From Acidobacteriota bacterium (GTDB lineage Bacteria; Acidobacteriota; UBA4820; DSQY01), in NCBI GenBank assembly GCA_049967655.1, contig JBMFSH010000049.1:1-16746 (forward strand): DNA of 16,746 bases, given 5' to 3'. The first letter of the stretch is position 1, and the number at the start of each line of letters is the position of its first letter. Positions 1 to 13,716 of the stretch are shown here, piece after piece. Under the pieces are notes generated by a model, which was given only the letters and a program-made list of their open reading frames with translations, made no database searches and was not told where the DNA came from. The position numbers and the translations under genes are program-made.

Positions 1-506
1 AGGGATTGGGGGCCATCGAGCCGAAGGCGAAGAGGGCGCCAAGGGAGAGGTGGGGCCCCATCGGGCTTTGCCCGTGGGGCGGGGAGGGAATGGCCCTCCC
101 CGTCCAGGAGACAACGCCTTTCCCCAGTGAACCCAAACAGTAGCCGGAGGCACCCGCGTTTCCGTCGCGGAGTTTGGGGAAGGAGACCCCGTGAGCGGCC
201 GAGAGAGAGGCAAGAGGCCGGAGGGCGGGCGCAAGGAAACGCTTGATCGGCCGACATCGCGACCGGCCGTCCCCCTCCTCAATCGCCCGCTCCTCGCCGT
301 ACTCTTTCCGCGATGGAGCGAGGAGAAGGCGGGGCAAGGCTCATCCAGCCATGGATCGCGAGCTCGGGCAGCTTACCTGAAAGGGGCTGGCCTTTCGCCG
401 TCCCGCTTCATTGCTTATCGCTTAATTACAATCGGGAAGTCGCCGTCAGGCGAGGGCTCCCACTCCGGCGGGAATTGCATCGCGGAATTTGGGTTCCGCC
501 TTCCCC

Positions 507-535
507 TTGCATCCCTCCGACCTGCCCCGTATAAT
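507..535 (+). promoter_or_regulatory. sigma70-type promoter of carA-carB-murB
   Basis: TTGCAT (507-512), 17-bp spacer, perfect TATAAT (530-535), ending 18 bp before the carA ATG at 554. Confidence 0.8.
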
Positions 536-553
536 CCCTTGGGTGTAGACCGG

Positions 554-1687
554 ATGGAAGGAATTCTCCTGCTGGAAGACGGTACGACCTTCGCGGGGCG
601 GGGCTTTGGCCACCGAGGGACGAGCCTTGGCGAGGCCGTGTTCACGACCTCCATGGTCGGCTATCAGGAGATCCTCACCGACCCCTCCTACGCGGGCCAG
701 ATCGTGGCCATGACCTTCCCCCACATCGGCAACTACGGCGTGACGCCCGAGGACGTGGAGAGCCTGGCCCCTCACCTCGCGGGCTTCGCGGTCCACGACC
801 TCTCGCTGGCCGCCTCCAATTGGCGCGCCCACGGCAACCTCCAGGACTACCTGCGTCTGCACCGCGTGGTGGCGCTCTGCGGCGTGGACACGAGGGCCCT
901 CGCCCGCCACATCCGGTTGAAGGGGGCCATGAAGGCCCTCATCTCCAACGACGGCACGGCGCTGGCGGATCTGCAGAAGAGGCTTTCGGCATTCCCGGGC
1001 ATCGACGGGATCGACCTGACGGCCCGGGTGACGGCCCGGGAGCCCTACCCTTTCGCCAAGACCTTCACGGGGCCGGAGGGCTTCGCCGACGCCCTGCGCC
1101 CCGTAAGGAAGGCTTCCTGCGCCTTCCGCGTGGCGGCTCTCGATTTCGGCCTCAAGGAGAACATCCTCAAGAACCTCACCGCGCGGGACTGCGAGGTGAC
1201 GGTGGTGCCCGCCTACACGCCCCTGGACGAGATCCTCGACCTCAAACCGGAGGGCATCTTTCTCAGCAACGGTCCCGGCAACCCCGAGATGGCGGCCAGG
1301 GCCCTGCCGACGCTCCGGTCGCTGGCCGAGCGCCTTCCCACCTTCGGCATCTGCCTCGGCCACCAGCTCCTGGCGCTGGCCTTCGGCGGCCGGACCTACA
1401 AGCTCCCCTTCGGCCACCGCGGCGCCAACCATCCGGTGAAGAACCTCCGCACCGGCCGGGTGGAGATCACCTCCCACAACCACGGCTTCTCCGTGGATGC
1501 CGACCGGCTCCCCCCGGGATTCGAGGCCACACACGTCAACCTCAACGACCACACGCTCGAGGGGATGCGCCACCGGGAGCTCCCCCTCTTCTCCGTGCAG
1601 TACCATCCCGAGAGCAGCCCCGGGCCGCACGACTCGCTCTACCTCTTCGACGACTTCATGGACATGATGGAGCGGTTTCACGGATGA
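554..1687 (+). CDS. carA: carbamoyl-phosphate synthase small (glutamine amidotransferase) subunit, 377 aa
   Basis: Starts [19 protein letters not shown]; motifs [33 protein letters not shown], catalytic FGICLGHQ and [12 protein letters not shown]. Start moved from the ORF-track position 191 to ATG 554 because homology begins there and the promoter lies just upstream. Confidence 0.97.
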   Translation: MEGILLLEDGTTFAGRGFGHRGTSLGEAVFTTSMVGYQEILTDPSYAGQIVAMTFPHIGNYGVTPEDVESLAPHLAGFAVHDLSLAASNWRAHGNLQDYLRLHRVVALCGVDTRALARHIRLKGAMKALISNDGTALADLQKRLSAFPGIDGIDLTARVTAREPYPFAKTFTGPEGFADALRPVRKASCAFRVAALDFGLKENILKNLTARDCEVTVVPAYTPLDEILDLKPEGIFLSNGPGNPEMAARALPTLRSLAERLPTFGICLGHQLLALAFGGRTYKLPFGHRGANHPVKNLRTGRVEITSHNHGFSVDADRLPPGFEATHVNLNDHTLEGMRHRELPLFSVQYHPESSPGPHDSLYLFDDFMDMMERFHG

Positions 1688-1814
1688 AGAGACGATTTCA
1701 CCACGGAGATCACGGAGCCCGCGGAGGGAGGACAAGAGTGTTCTTTCCAGGAAGGACCAAGCCCTTCTCCGTGATCTCCGTGCTCTCCGTGGTTCATCGG
1801 GCCGAGGCCTCACG

Positions 1815-1818
<4 letters not shown>
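1684..1818 (+). CDS. putative 44-aa repeat-derived micro-ORF bridging carA and carB
   Basis: ATG 1684 overlaps the carA TGA (ATGA 1684-1687) and its TGA overlaps the carB ATG (ATGA 1815-1818). Peptide [44 protein letters not shown]; no recognisable domain. Confidence 0.4.
1700..1793. repeat. palindromic intergenic element with 9-bp periodic arms (NNCACGGAG)x3 ... (CTCCGTGNN)x3
   Basis: Left arm ACCACGGAG ATCACGGAG CCCGCGGAG (1700-1726); right arm CTCCGTGAT CTCCGTGCT CTCCGTGGT (1767-1793); 23/27 complementary with a 40-bp spacer. An alternative register pairs 1702-1717 with 1767-1782 perfectly (16 bp). Confidence 0.85.
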
Positions 1819-5053
<3,235 letters not shown>

Positions 5054-5057
<4 letters not shown>

Positions 5058-6100
5058 GCCTCGCCGGCCTTCGAACCGGCGTCCCCCTCGCCCCTCTCAC
5101 CACGCTGGGCCTTGGTGGACCCGCCCACCATCTCCTTCCCTGCCCTTCGGCCGAGAGCGTCGCCGCGGGGGTGCGCCTCGCCGGAGAGCGCGGCTGGCCC
5201 CTCGCTGTCCTCGGAGGAGGAAGCAACGTTGTGGTGGCCGACGAGGGCTTTCCGGGGCTGGTGCTCAAGATGGAGATCGGAGGGGTCGCCTTCCACCGGG
5301 AGGGCCAGCGGACGCTCGTCACCGCCGGGGCGGGCGAGTCCTGGGACGGCTTGGTGGCGGCCTGCATCGAGCGGGGGCTTCGGGGTCTGGAGTGCCTCTC
5401 CGGCATTCCCGGCACCGTCGGAGCGGCACCCATCCAGAACGTCGGGGCCTACGGACAGGAGGTCGCTCAGACCCTTCTCTGCGTGATCTGTCTCGATCGG
5501 TCCACCCTGAAAACGGTGGAGCTCCCCGGCTCCGAGTGCGGTTTCGGCTACCGCACGAGCCGCTTCAAAACAGTGGACCGAGACAGACTCATCGTCCTCA
5601 AGGTGACCCTTCGCCTGAGCGAGGGGGCCCCGGAGCACCCCCATTACCCCGAGCTTTCCGAAGCCATGGCCAAGCAGAATCCTCCGGCCGGCCACCGCTC
5701 CGCCCTCCAGGCCGTGCGGGATACCGTACTGTCGCTCAGACGGAGCAAAGCCATGGTGATCGATCCCGCCGAGCCCGATAGCCGCTCGGCCGGTTCCTTC
5801 TTCCTGAACCCCGTGCTGGCCGAGGCGGACTTTGGCCGGCTCCAAGCGGAACACGGACCCATCCCGTCGTTCCCCGCGCCAGGGGGAGTCAAGGTGCCCG
5901 CCGCCTGGCTCGTCGAGCACGCCGGCTTTCCCAAGGGATACAGCCTGGGCGGAGCGGCCATCTCAACCAAGCACGCCCTCGCCCTCGTGAACCGCGGAGG
6001 CAGCGCGGCCGACCTGCTGGCCCTCGCCTCGGCCATCGAGGAGGCGGTGCGCCGGCGATTCGGCATCGGCCTGGAGCGAGAGCCGGTGGTCATTGCCTGA
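5054..6100 (+). CDS. murB: UDP-N-acetylenolpyruvoylglucosamine reductase (UDP-N-acetylmuramate dehydrogenase), 348 aa
   Basis: [85 protein letters not shown] 5054 overlaps the carB stop (ATGA 5054-5057). Confidence 0.95.
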
Positions 6101-6173
6101 GGATCCTCGGGCTGAACGTCACCGACCCGTTGGCGATCCAGGCACTCGCCACGGTCTCAGAGGGCCAAAGGCA

Positions 6174-6209
6174 AGGGGGGAGCGGCGGTCGTGGCCGCCA
6201 CTCCCCCCT
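6174..6209. terminator. GC-rich hairpin between convergent murB and sdhB, possible terminator
   Basis: AGGGGGGAGCGGCGGTC-GT-GGCCGCCACTCCCCCCT, 15/17 complementary arms. Only a weak T-rich tail (TTGCCTTT) on the - strand. Confidence 0.5.
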
Positions 6210-6252
6210 CCGGGTCTATCTCGGATCTGAAACCACTAATCCCGAATGCCCG

Positions 6253-7016
6253 TCAGACCTTCTTCACGGGCTCCATGGTCTCCAGGGCGCTGGCGACCAT
6301 ATAGTCCCGGTTGAGACGGGCGATAAAGTCGATGCTGATCCCCTTGGGGCAGACCGCCTCGCATTCGCCGTGGTTGGAGCAGGCCCCGAAACCCAGCTCC
6401 TGCATCTTGGCGACCATGCGAAGGGCCCGCTGCTTGCGCTCCGGCTGCCCCTGCGGCAGCAGGCCGAGGTGGCTGATCTTGGCCGCCGTGAAGAGCATGG
6501 CCGAGCCGTTGGGGCAGGCCGCCACGCAGGCGCCGCAGCCGATGCAGGCGGCGGCGTCCATGGCAAGGTCCGCGTTTTTCTTGGAGATCAGGATGGCGTT
6601 GCCGTCTGGGCCCGAGCCCGTGCGGGCCGAGATGAACCCGCCCGCCTGCACGATCTTGTCCAGGGCGCTCCGGTCCACCACCAGGTCCTTGATCACAGGA
6701 AAGGCCCTGGAGCGGAAGGGTTCCGCCACGATGGTGTCGCCGTCCTTGAACTGCCGCATGAAGAGCTGGCAGGTGGTGGTGAGCTTCTGGGGCCCGTGGG
6801 CGATGCCCGAGATCATGAAGCCGCAGGAGCCGCAGATGCCCTCCCGGCAGTCGTGGTCGAAGGCCACAGGGCGCTCGCCCTTCTTGATGAGCTTCTGGTT
6901 CAGAATATCCAGCAGCTCCAGGAAGGACATGTCCTCGGCCACGTCGTCCATGGGGTAGGATACCAGCCGGCCCTTATCCGTCGGGCTTGCTTGCCGCCAA
7001 ATTTTTAACGTCAGCT

Positions 7017-7020
<4 letters not shown>
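6253..7020 (-). CDS. sdhB: succinate dehydrogenase/fumarate reductase iron-sulfur subunit, 255 aa
   Basis: [13 protein letters not shown]...TTTC (2Fe-2S), [12 protein letters not shown] (4Fe-4S), [12 protein letters not shown] (3Fe-4S), [16 protein letters not shown] overlap with sdhA at 7017-7020. Confidence 0.96.
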
Positions 7021-8933
<1,913 letters not shown>

Positions 8934-8948
8934 GGAATCACCCTCCGC

Positions 8949-9605
8949 TCAGTGCACGATGCCCAACAGAACCGACACGGGAATGGAGATGTAGCCCGCC
9001 GCGAGGAGTATCGCCAGCACCGCCGAGGCGATCCTCCGCAGTCGATTCAGCTTGGGGTGGTTGATCCCCAGGGTCTGTAGCATGCTCCAGATCCCGTGGT
9101 AGAGGTGGAAGCCCAGGACCAGCATGGCCACGATGTAGACGGCCGAAATGCCCGGCTGCTGGAAGGCCTTCACTACGTTGCCGTAGACGTCCGTGTGGCT
9201 CAGACCTTGGGGAGTCTGGAGGAAGGTGAACATCATCAAGTGGTAGATGACGTAGAGGAGGATCAGCGGCCCGCTCACGATCATGGTGCGGGCGGCGTAT
9301 CCCGTCTCGATGTCCTTCTTCATCGCGTAGCCCACCGGCCGCGCCTTCCAGTTCGCCAGCGTGATCTGCACGGCCGCCAGGATGTGAAGAAGAATGGCGG
9401 CGAGCATCACGATCCTCACCCCCCAGAGCAGCTCTCCGGTGCTCTTGAGAAAGTGGGCGTAGGCGTTGAGCCTCTCGGCCCCAATGAAAATCTGGAGGTT
9501 GCCCAGCATGTGCCCAATGAGAAACAGCACGAGCAGGACTCCCGTGGCGGCCATGACCACCTTTTTCCCGACCGTTGTACTGTAAAATGTCATCGCCCGG
9601 GCCAT
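8949..9605 (-). CDS. sdhC: succinate dehydrogenase cytochrome b558-type membrane anchor (single subunit, five TM helices), 218 aa
   Basis: STTVGKKVVMAATG, conserved histidines in GHMLGNL, LHILAA, YHL and FHLYHGIWSMLQTLG; hydrophobic segments; SD AAGGAGAGG upstream; first gene of sdhCAB. Confidence 0.92.
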   Translation of the reverse strand: MARAMTFYSTTVGKKVVMAATGVLLVLFLIGHMLGNLQIFIGAERLNAYAHFLKSTGELLWGVRIVMLAAILLHILAAVQITLANWKARPVGYAMKKDIETGYAARTMIVSGPLILLYVIYHLMMFTFLQTPQGLSHTDVYGNVVKAFQQPGISAVYIVAMLVLGFHLYHGIWSMLQTLGINHPKLNRLRRIASAVLAILLAAGYISIPVSVLLGIVH

Positions 9606-9658
9606 TCACCTCTCCTTATGCCACTGGTAGGATAGAGTTCCCCCAAAAACGAGGCTGG

Positions 9659-9687
9659 ATTATACGTCCGCCGGTACCAAATGGCAA
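9659..9687 (-). promoter_or_regulatory. sigma70-type promoter of sdhCAB
   Basis: Minus strand TTGCCA (9687-9682), 17-bp spacer, TATAAT (9664-9659), 53 bp upstream of the sdhC ATG. Confidence 0.8.
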
Positions 9688-9786
9688 AGCAGGACGGGCC
9701 GACTGTTGCGACGCGCTGGGTGAAATGGAGCATGGGGCCCCCAGCGCCAATCCAGCGGGCGACCGGAGGCGCTCCGAGGGGCTCCC

Positions 9787-10797
9787 TCAGCGGCCGCCCG
9801 ACGTCAAGGCCGCGAAGGCCTCCCGGACGGCCCTCACGAAGGTCCTCCGGTGGAAGAGAAAGGCCGTCACGTGGCCCGAATCCAGCCAGTGCAGGACCGA
9901 ACCCGGCCAGTGGCGCTGGAGCCTGACGGGCGAATAGGCGGGGATGTAGGCATCGCGGCGGCCCGCCACGATCACCGCCGCGTCGGGCCGCCGGGGAGGC
10001 GGCAGCGAACAGAGGTCGGTGACGGCCAGCAGGCCTCGGACCCGCTCCACGGGATCGGGTGTCCCGCTCATGGCCTCCCAGGCCACCTGCCGTGCCAGGA
10101 TGCCCTCCGTGAAGATCACCTGGGCCGAGTGCGGCGTGATGCAGCAGGCCGTGGCGAGAGGGCCGTGCCAGAGCGCCGCCGTCCCCGCGGCCATGTGGCC
10201 GCCCATGCTGATTCCCGTCACCCCCAGCCTCGTGAAGCCCTGCGCCTGAAGCCATCCCAGGAGCGCCCTCCCCTCCTCCACGGTGGCGCTGCCCATGCGC
10301 CAGAGGTCGGCGAAGCTGCGCAGGAACTTGCCCCTCTGTCCGGCAGGGCGGCGAAGCCCGTAGTAGGGGTTCTCCAGCAGAAGGCTGGCGATGCCGTGGC
10401 GCAGGAGCGGAAGTGCCATGGCCCGCCTCCTCCGCCCAAAGCCCTCGTCGCCGGTCGCGGCGAAGTGCAGGCAGATCGGGGTATCCGGCCCGGCCCCCCG
10501 GGGGAGGATCCACTCCAGGTAAGCCCTCTTGCAGACATCCGGAAACCCAGGTGCCCCGTAAGAACTTTCGAAGTGGCCGGTCCGGATGAGCGCCCCATCC
10601 TGCCTGCGCTCGTTCACCCACTGAACCTCCGCCGGCGCAGGCGGGTCGGGGCGCGCCCATTGAGGCCCCAGCCCCAGCAGGCCGTCCACGTCTCCCCATC
10701 CGTCCGCGAAGAAGCGCCTCCGATTGGCCATCCCCGCGTAGAGCCGGTCTACACGGCTGCACCGGGCGGAGCTCCACGGCGGGTTTTCAGCGCTCAC
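9787..10797 (-). CDS. alpha/beta hydrolase, ABHD18/DUF2048-like, 336 aa
   Basis: Nucleophile elbow GVTGISMGGHMA; motifs PICLHFAATGD and SLLLENPYYGLRRP; acid and His candidates in RRDAYIP and DSGHVTAFLF. GTG start with SD GAGGAGG. Confidence 0.85.
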   Translation of the reverse strand: MSAENPPWSSARCSRVDRLYAGMANRRRFFADGWGDVDGLLGLGPQWARPDPPAPAEVQWVNERRQDGALIRTGHFESSYGAPGFPDVCKRAYLEWILPRGAGPDTPICLHFAATGDEGFGRRRRAMALPLLRHGIASLLLENPYYGLRRPAGQRGKFLRSFADLWRMGSATVEEGRALLGWLQAQGFTRLGVTGISMGGHMAAGTAALWHGPLATACCITPHSAQVIFTEGILARQVAWEAMSGTPDPVERVRGLLAVTDLCSLPPPRRPDAAVIVAGRRDAYIPAYSPVRLQRHWPGSVLHWLDSGHVTAFLFHRRTFVRAVREAFAALTSGGR

Positions 10798-10943
10798 CGT
10801 CCCCTCCTCGCAAGGCGTCGAGAAGCGAGCACTGGAGGACCTTCTGTTCTCGCCTCATCTCCCCGCCACGCCGATTCCTCGCCATCTCCGCCTTCATCTC
10901 CACTCCACCTTCCCAGAGCCCTGGGAACGAATCCGTTGTTCTC

Positions 10944-13607
10944 TCACTTCCCGTAGGTCAGGGGGCTCTCCTCCTTCTCCCACCGGTAGGACCAAGCCTC
11001 CGGTTCTCCCTTCAAGTACTTATCGAACCACTCCTGCATCATGTCCTCGCTGGCCATCCGGTTGCTCGGCTTGCCGTTGATGCCGTGGTCCTCCCCGGCG
11101 AACCGAACGTACTCGCAGGGCCGCCCCAGGATTCGGAGGGCCGTGAAGATCTGGTCCGATTCCTCGTGCGGAACGTTCACGTCCGAGTCCCCGTGCAGAA
11201 GAAGCAGGGGTGCGTGAATCTTGTCCGCCCGGTAGACCGGCGAGCGGTCCACGAAGAGATCGCGGCGGTTCCATGGGTAGCTCATGGCGAGGGCCGTATC
11301 GCCGTAGCTGAAGCCCCACCAGCCGGCGCCCCAGTAGGAGGTGATGTCGCTGATGCCGAAGAAGTCCACGGCAGCGGCGAAGAGGTCGCTGTGGCTCACG
11401 AGGTAGAGGGTCATGAAGCCGCCGTAGGAGCCGCCGTAGCAGCCCACCCGCTTGGCGTCCACGAAGGACTTGGCGGCCAGCACGGCCCTCGTTCCCTCGA
11501 GGATGTCCTCGCCGGCCTTCTGGCCCCAGTCGTTCACGTGGTCGTCCGCGAAGGGGAGCCCGTACCCCACCGAGCCCCGGGGAGTCACGAGATAGACCAC
11601 GTAGCCCTGGCCCGAGAGGCGGAAGAACTCGGGGCGGAAGCAGTCGGCGTAGGGCTCCACCCCGCCGTAATAGGCGACGATCATGGGGTAGCGTTTGGCG
11701 GGGTCCAGGTGCGGAGGCAGAAAGAGCCAGCCGGGAATGCGAACCCCTGCCTGATCGGTGAAGTCGAAGCGCTCGGGCCGGGTGAGCTCCACGCGGGCGA
11801 AGGTCTGAGCGCCCGGCTCCCAGATGTCGCGCACCTTGCCGGTCGCAAGGTCGTAGTAGCGGACCGTCCAGAAGGTGCCGAAGGAGGAGCCCACATAGCC
11901 GAGGCCTGCCCCCGAGGAGGCCATGTCGGGGCTGCCCAGGCAGGAGTCGGGAAGGTTGGCGGGCGTAAAGCTCTTGCCCTCCGGGTCGGTCCGGTAGAAC
12001 CGGACGCGGTCCCCCTCCGTGGCGATGAAATAGAGATGTCCATCCTTGGGGCTCCACCAGACATTTCGCCGCCCGGGCAGAACCCCGATGGCCTGTGAAG
12101 AGGCCGCCGGGGTGAAGTGGTCCGTGAGGCAGTTCACCTGGCCGCTGGCCAGGTCTACGGTGTAGAGCATCAGGTTGTAGGCCAGCTCCTCGCGGGGCTT
12201 GTTGCCCCCTGGGGGCATGTCGGCCGGGGGGGCGATGAGGGCGAGGCGCTTGCCGTCCGGCGAGAAGGCGATCTCGCTCACGTCGGGCCAACGCGGCCAT
12301 GCCATCACCTTCCGGGAGGCACCGCTCTCGGTGTCGTAGCTCCAGATCTCCGTGGTCAGGTAGGGACGCTGCTCGGTGAAGACGATGCGAAGCAGGGCCA
12401 GGGTGCGCCCGTCGGGGCTCAAGGCCATGCTCTGGACGTTGGAGGGGCCCGCCGTGAGCTGGTGAAGGGTTTTGTCCTCAAGCGAAAGCTCGAAAGCCTG
12501 GGGGCGGTCCTCCCAGTCGCTCCAGCGCTGAACCATCTGGGTAAACCGCACGTAGGCCGGCGACTTGGCGGGCTTGGTGCGGGGCGGCACCGCGAGGAAA
12601 TAGATGAAATCTCCTTTAGGCGCCCAGAGCACCTCCTTGATGTTCCGCTGCTCCTTGAGGAGCGGGCGGAGTTGCCCCGTCTCCAGGTCGGCGATCCACA
12701 GGGTCTCGCTCTCCTTCTCCTCGGCGTCCGGGGCCGTGAAGACGAGCCTGTTGCCGTGGGGCGAAAAATAGGGGGAGTTCGTCCCCTTGGCCACGCGGAA
12801 GTTGGCCAGGATCCGGCCATCCACCGTGGACCTCACCTCCAGATAGACGGGCCGGTCATCCCTCTTGAGGTCGTCGTTCCTGACGACGAGTGCCATGCGG
12901 GAGCCGTCGCCCGAAACGGCGATGTCGGAAACGAAGGGCGAGTCCATGACGTCGCTCTGCTGGAGCGTATGCCGCCAATCGGTCGTGGCGGCGGGAAAGG
13001 GAAGCGGCGACTCCCTGGGCAGGGTCAGTACCGCCTTGATTGGGGCCGGCACCCCGCCGTCGAGAAGGGCTGCGAGAAACAGCCGGTGCAGGCCCGCGGG
13101 CAGAATCAGATCGACCGTCAGGGGCGTTACCTGGCCGGCTCCCTCCCGGGCCTTCGCCCTCATCTCCAGTTGGGTCCCGTCCAGGTAGACGGCGAGGGGG
13201 CCGGGCCAGTCCACCGAAAGGCCCACCTTCTCCCAGCGCTGCGTGCGGAGGTAGGTGGAGGCGTAGAACAGCGAGGACCCCTTGACCCCTTTCGGCTCCA
13301 GACGGCCATCCTTGGCCCCCTCTACCTTCCAGGCCGTCTTGCTCCCTGGGGCCCACTCCAGCGCCGACCCCGGCTGGGGCCAGAGCTTCAAGGGGTCCAG
13401 TGTTTCCGGCCCGATGAGCCTCTTGATCCCCTCTTCGTCGAGCTTGGGGCCGTACACCAGAGGGGGAACGGCCAGCGGCCCAGCCACCATCCACGGCGTG
13501 ATGAGGCTCTCTTTCTGGGCCGCCTCCTTCTGGGCAGCATCGAGCACAAGGCCCGAAAGCAGCAGACAGAGGGATGCCAGGGCTACCTTTTTCGGAATGG
13601 AATGCAT
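10944..13607 (-). CDS. secreted S9 (prolyl oligopeptidase/acylaminoacyl peptidase) family serine peptidase with beta-propeller, 887 aa
   Basis: Signal-peptide-like MHSIPKKVALASLCLLLSGLVLDA; SPDG-type propeller repeats (LSPDGRTLA, FSPDGKRLA); catalytic domain with GCYGGSYGG, LLLHGDSDVNV and EDHGI. ATG 13607 preceded by SD AGGAGG. Confidence 0.92.
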   Translation of the reverse strand: MHSIPKKVALASLCLLLSGLVLDAAQKEAAQKESLITPWMVAGPLAVPPLVYGPKLDEEGIKRLIGPETLDPLKLWPQPGSALEWAPGSKTAWKVEGAKDGRLEPKGVKGSSLFYASTYLRTQRWEKVGLSVDWPGPLAVYLDGTQLEMRAKAREGAGQVTPLTVDLILPAGLHRLFLAALLDGGVPAPIKAVLTLPRESPLPFPAATTDWRHTLQQSDVMDSPFVSDIAVSGDGSRMALVVRNDDLKRDDRPVYLEVRSTVDGRILANFRVAKGTNSPYFSPHGNRLVFTAPDAEEKESETLWIADLETGQLRPLLKEQRNIKEVLWAPKGDFIYFLAVPPRTKPAKSPAYVRFTQMVQRWSDWEDRPQAFELSLEDKTLHQLTAGPSNVQSMALSPDGRTLALLRIVFTEQRPYLTTEIWSYDTESGASRKVMAWPRWPDVSEIAFSPDGKRLALIAPPADMPPGGNKPREELAYNLMLYTVDLASGQVNCLTDHFTPAASSQAIGVLPGRRNVWWSPKDGHLYFIATEGDRVRFYRTDPEGKSFTPANLPDSCLGSPDMASSGAGLGYVGSSFGTFWTVRYYDLATGKVRDIWEPGAQTFARVELTRPERFDFTDQAGVRIPGWLFLPPHLDPAKRYPMIVAYYGGVEPYADCFRPEFFRLSGQGYVVYLVTPRGSVGYGLPFADDHVNDWGQKAGEDILEGTRAVLAAKSFVDAKRVGCYGGSYGGFMTLYLVSHSDLFAAAVDFFGISDITSYWGAGWWGFSYGDTALAMSYPWNRRDLFVDRSPVYRADKIHAPLLLLHGDSDVNVPHEESDQIFTALRILGRPCEYVRFAGEDHGINGKPSNRMASEDMMQEWFDKYLKGEPEAWSYRWEKEESPLTYGK

Positions 13608-13716
13608 GAGCCCTCCTGCAGCAATATTTCGTCTCGCCGCACGCCGGACAGGGGCGGTCCCGCCGGCAGAATTCTCATAGCACAGGATACCCCTCCATCC
13701 AAAGGGGCCGCTCTTC

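Noticed and set aside
191..553. 121-aa N-terminal extension of CarA in the ORF track
   Set aside because: No CarA-like sequence before ATG 554, and a near-consensus promoter lies inside the extension at 507-535.
1..553. PyrR attenuator, c-di-GMP riboswitch or SRP RNA upstream of carA
   Set aside because: I found no ARUCCNGNGAGGYU PyrR loop and no SRP core motif. The minus-strand GGGCAAAGCCC is a simple hairpin without the rest of the c-di-GMP-I consensus.
1700..1793. CRISPR array interpretation of the periodic repeat
   Set aside because: Units are 9 bp, contiguous and inverted between arms, with no unique spacers and no cas genes.
9698..9713. Possible copy of the 16-bp motif upstream of the sdh promoter (minus strand CGTCGCAACAGTCGGC)
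   Set aside because: Contiguous identity is limited to the first 6 nt, and the distance to the -35 box is 10 bp rather than 13-14.
9606..9786. Obligate operon of the ABHD18-like gene with sdhCAB
   Set aside because: The 181-bp gap contains a near-consensus promoter for sdhC. Read-through is possible but not supported by the sequence.
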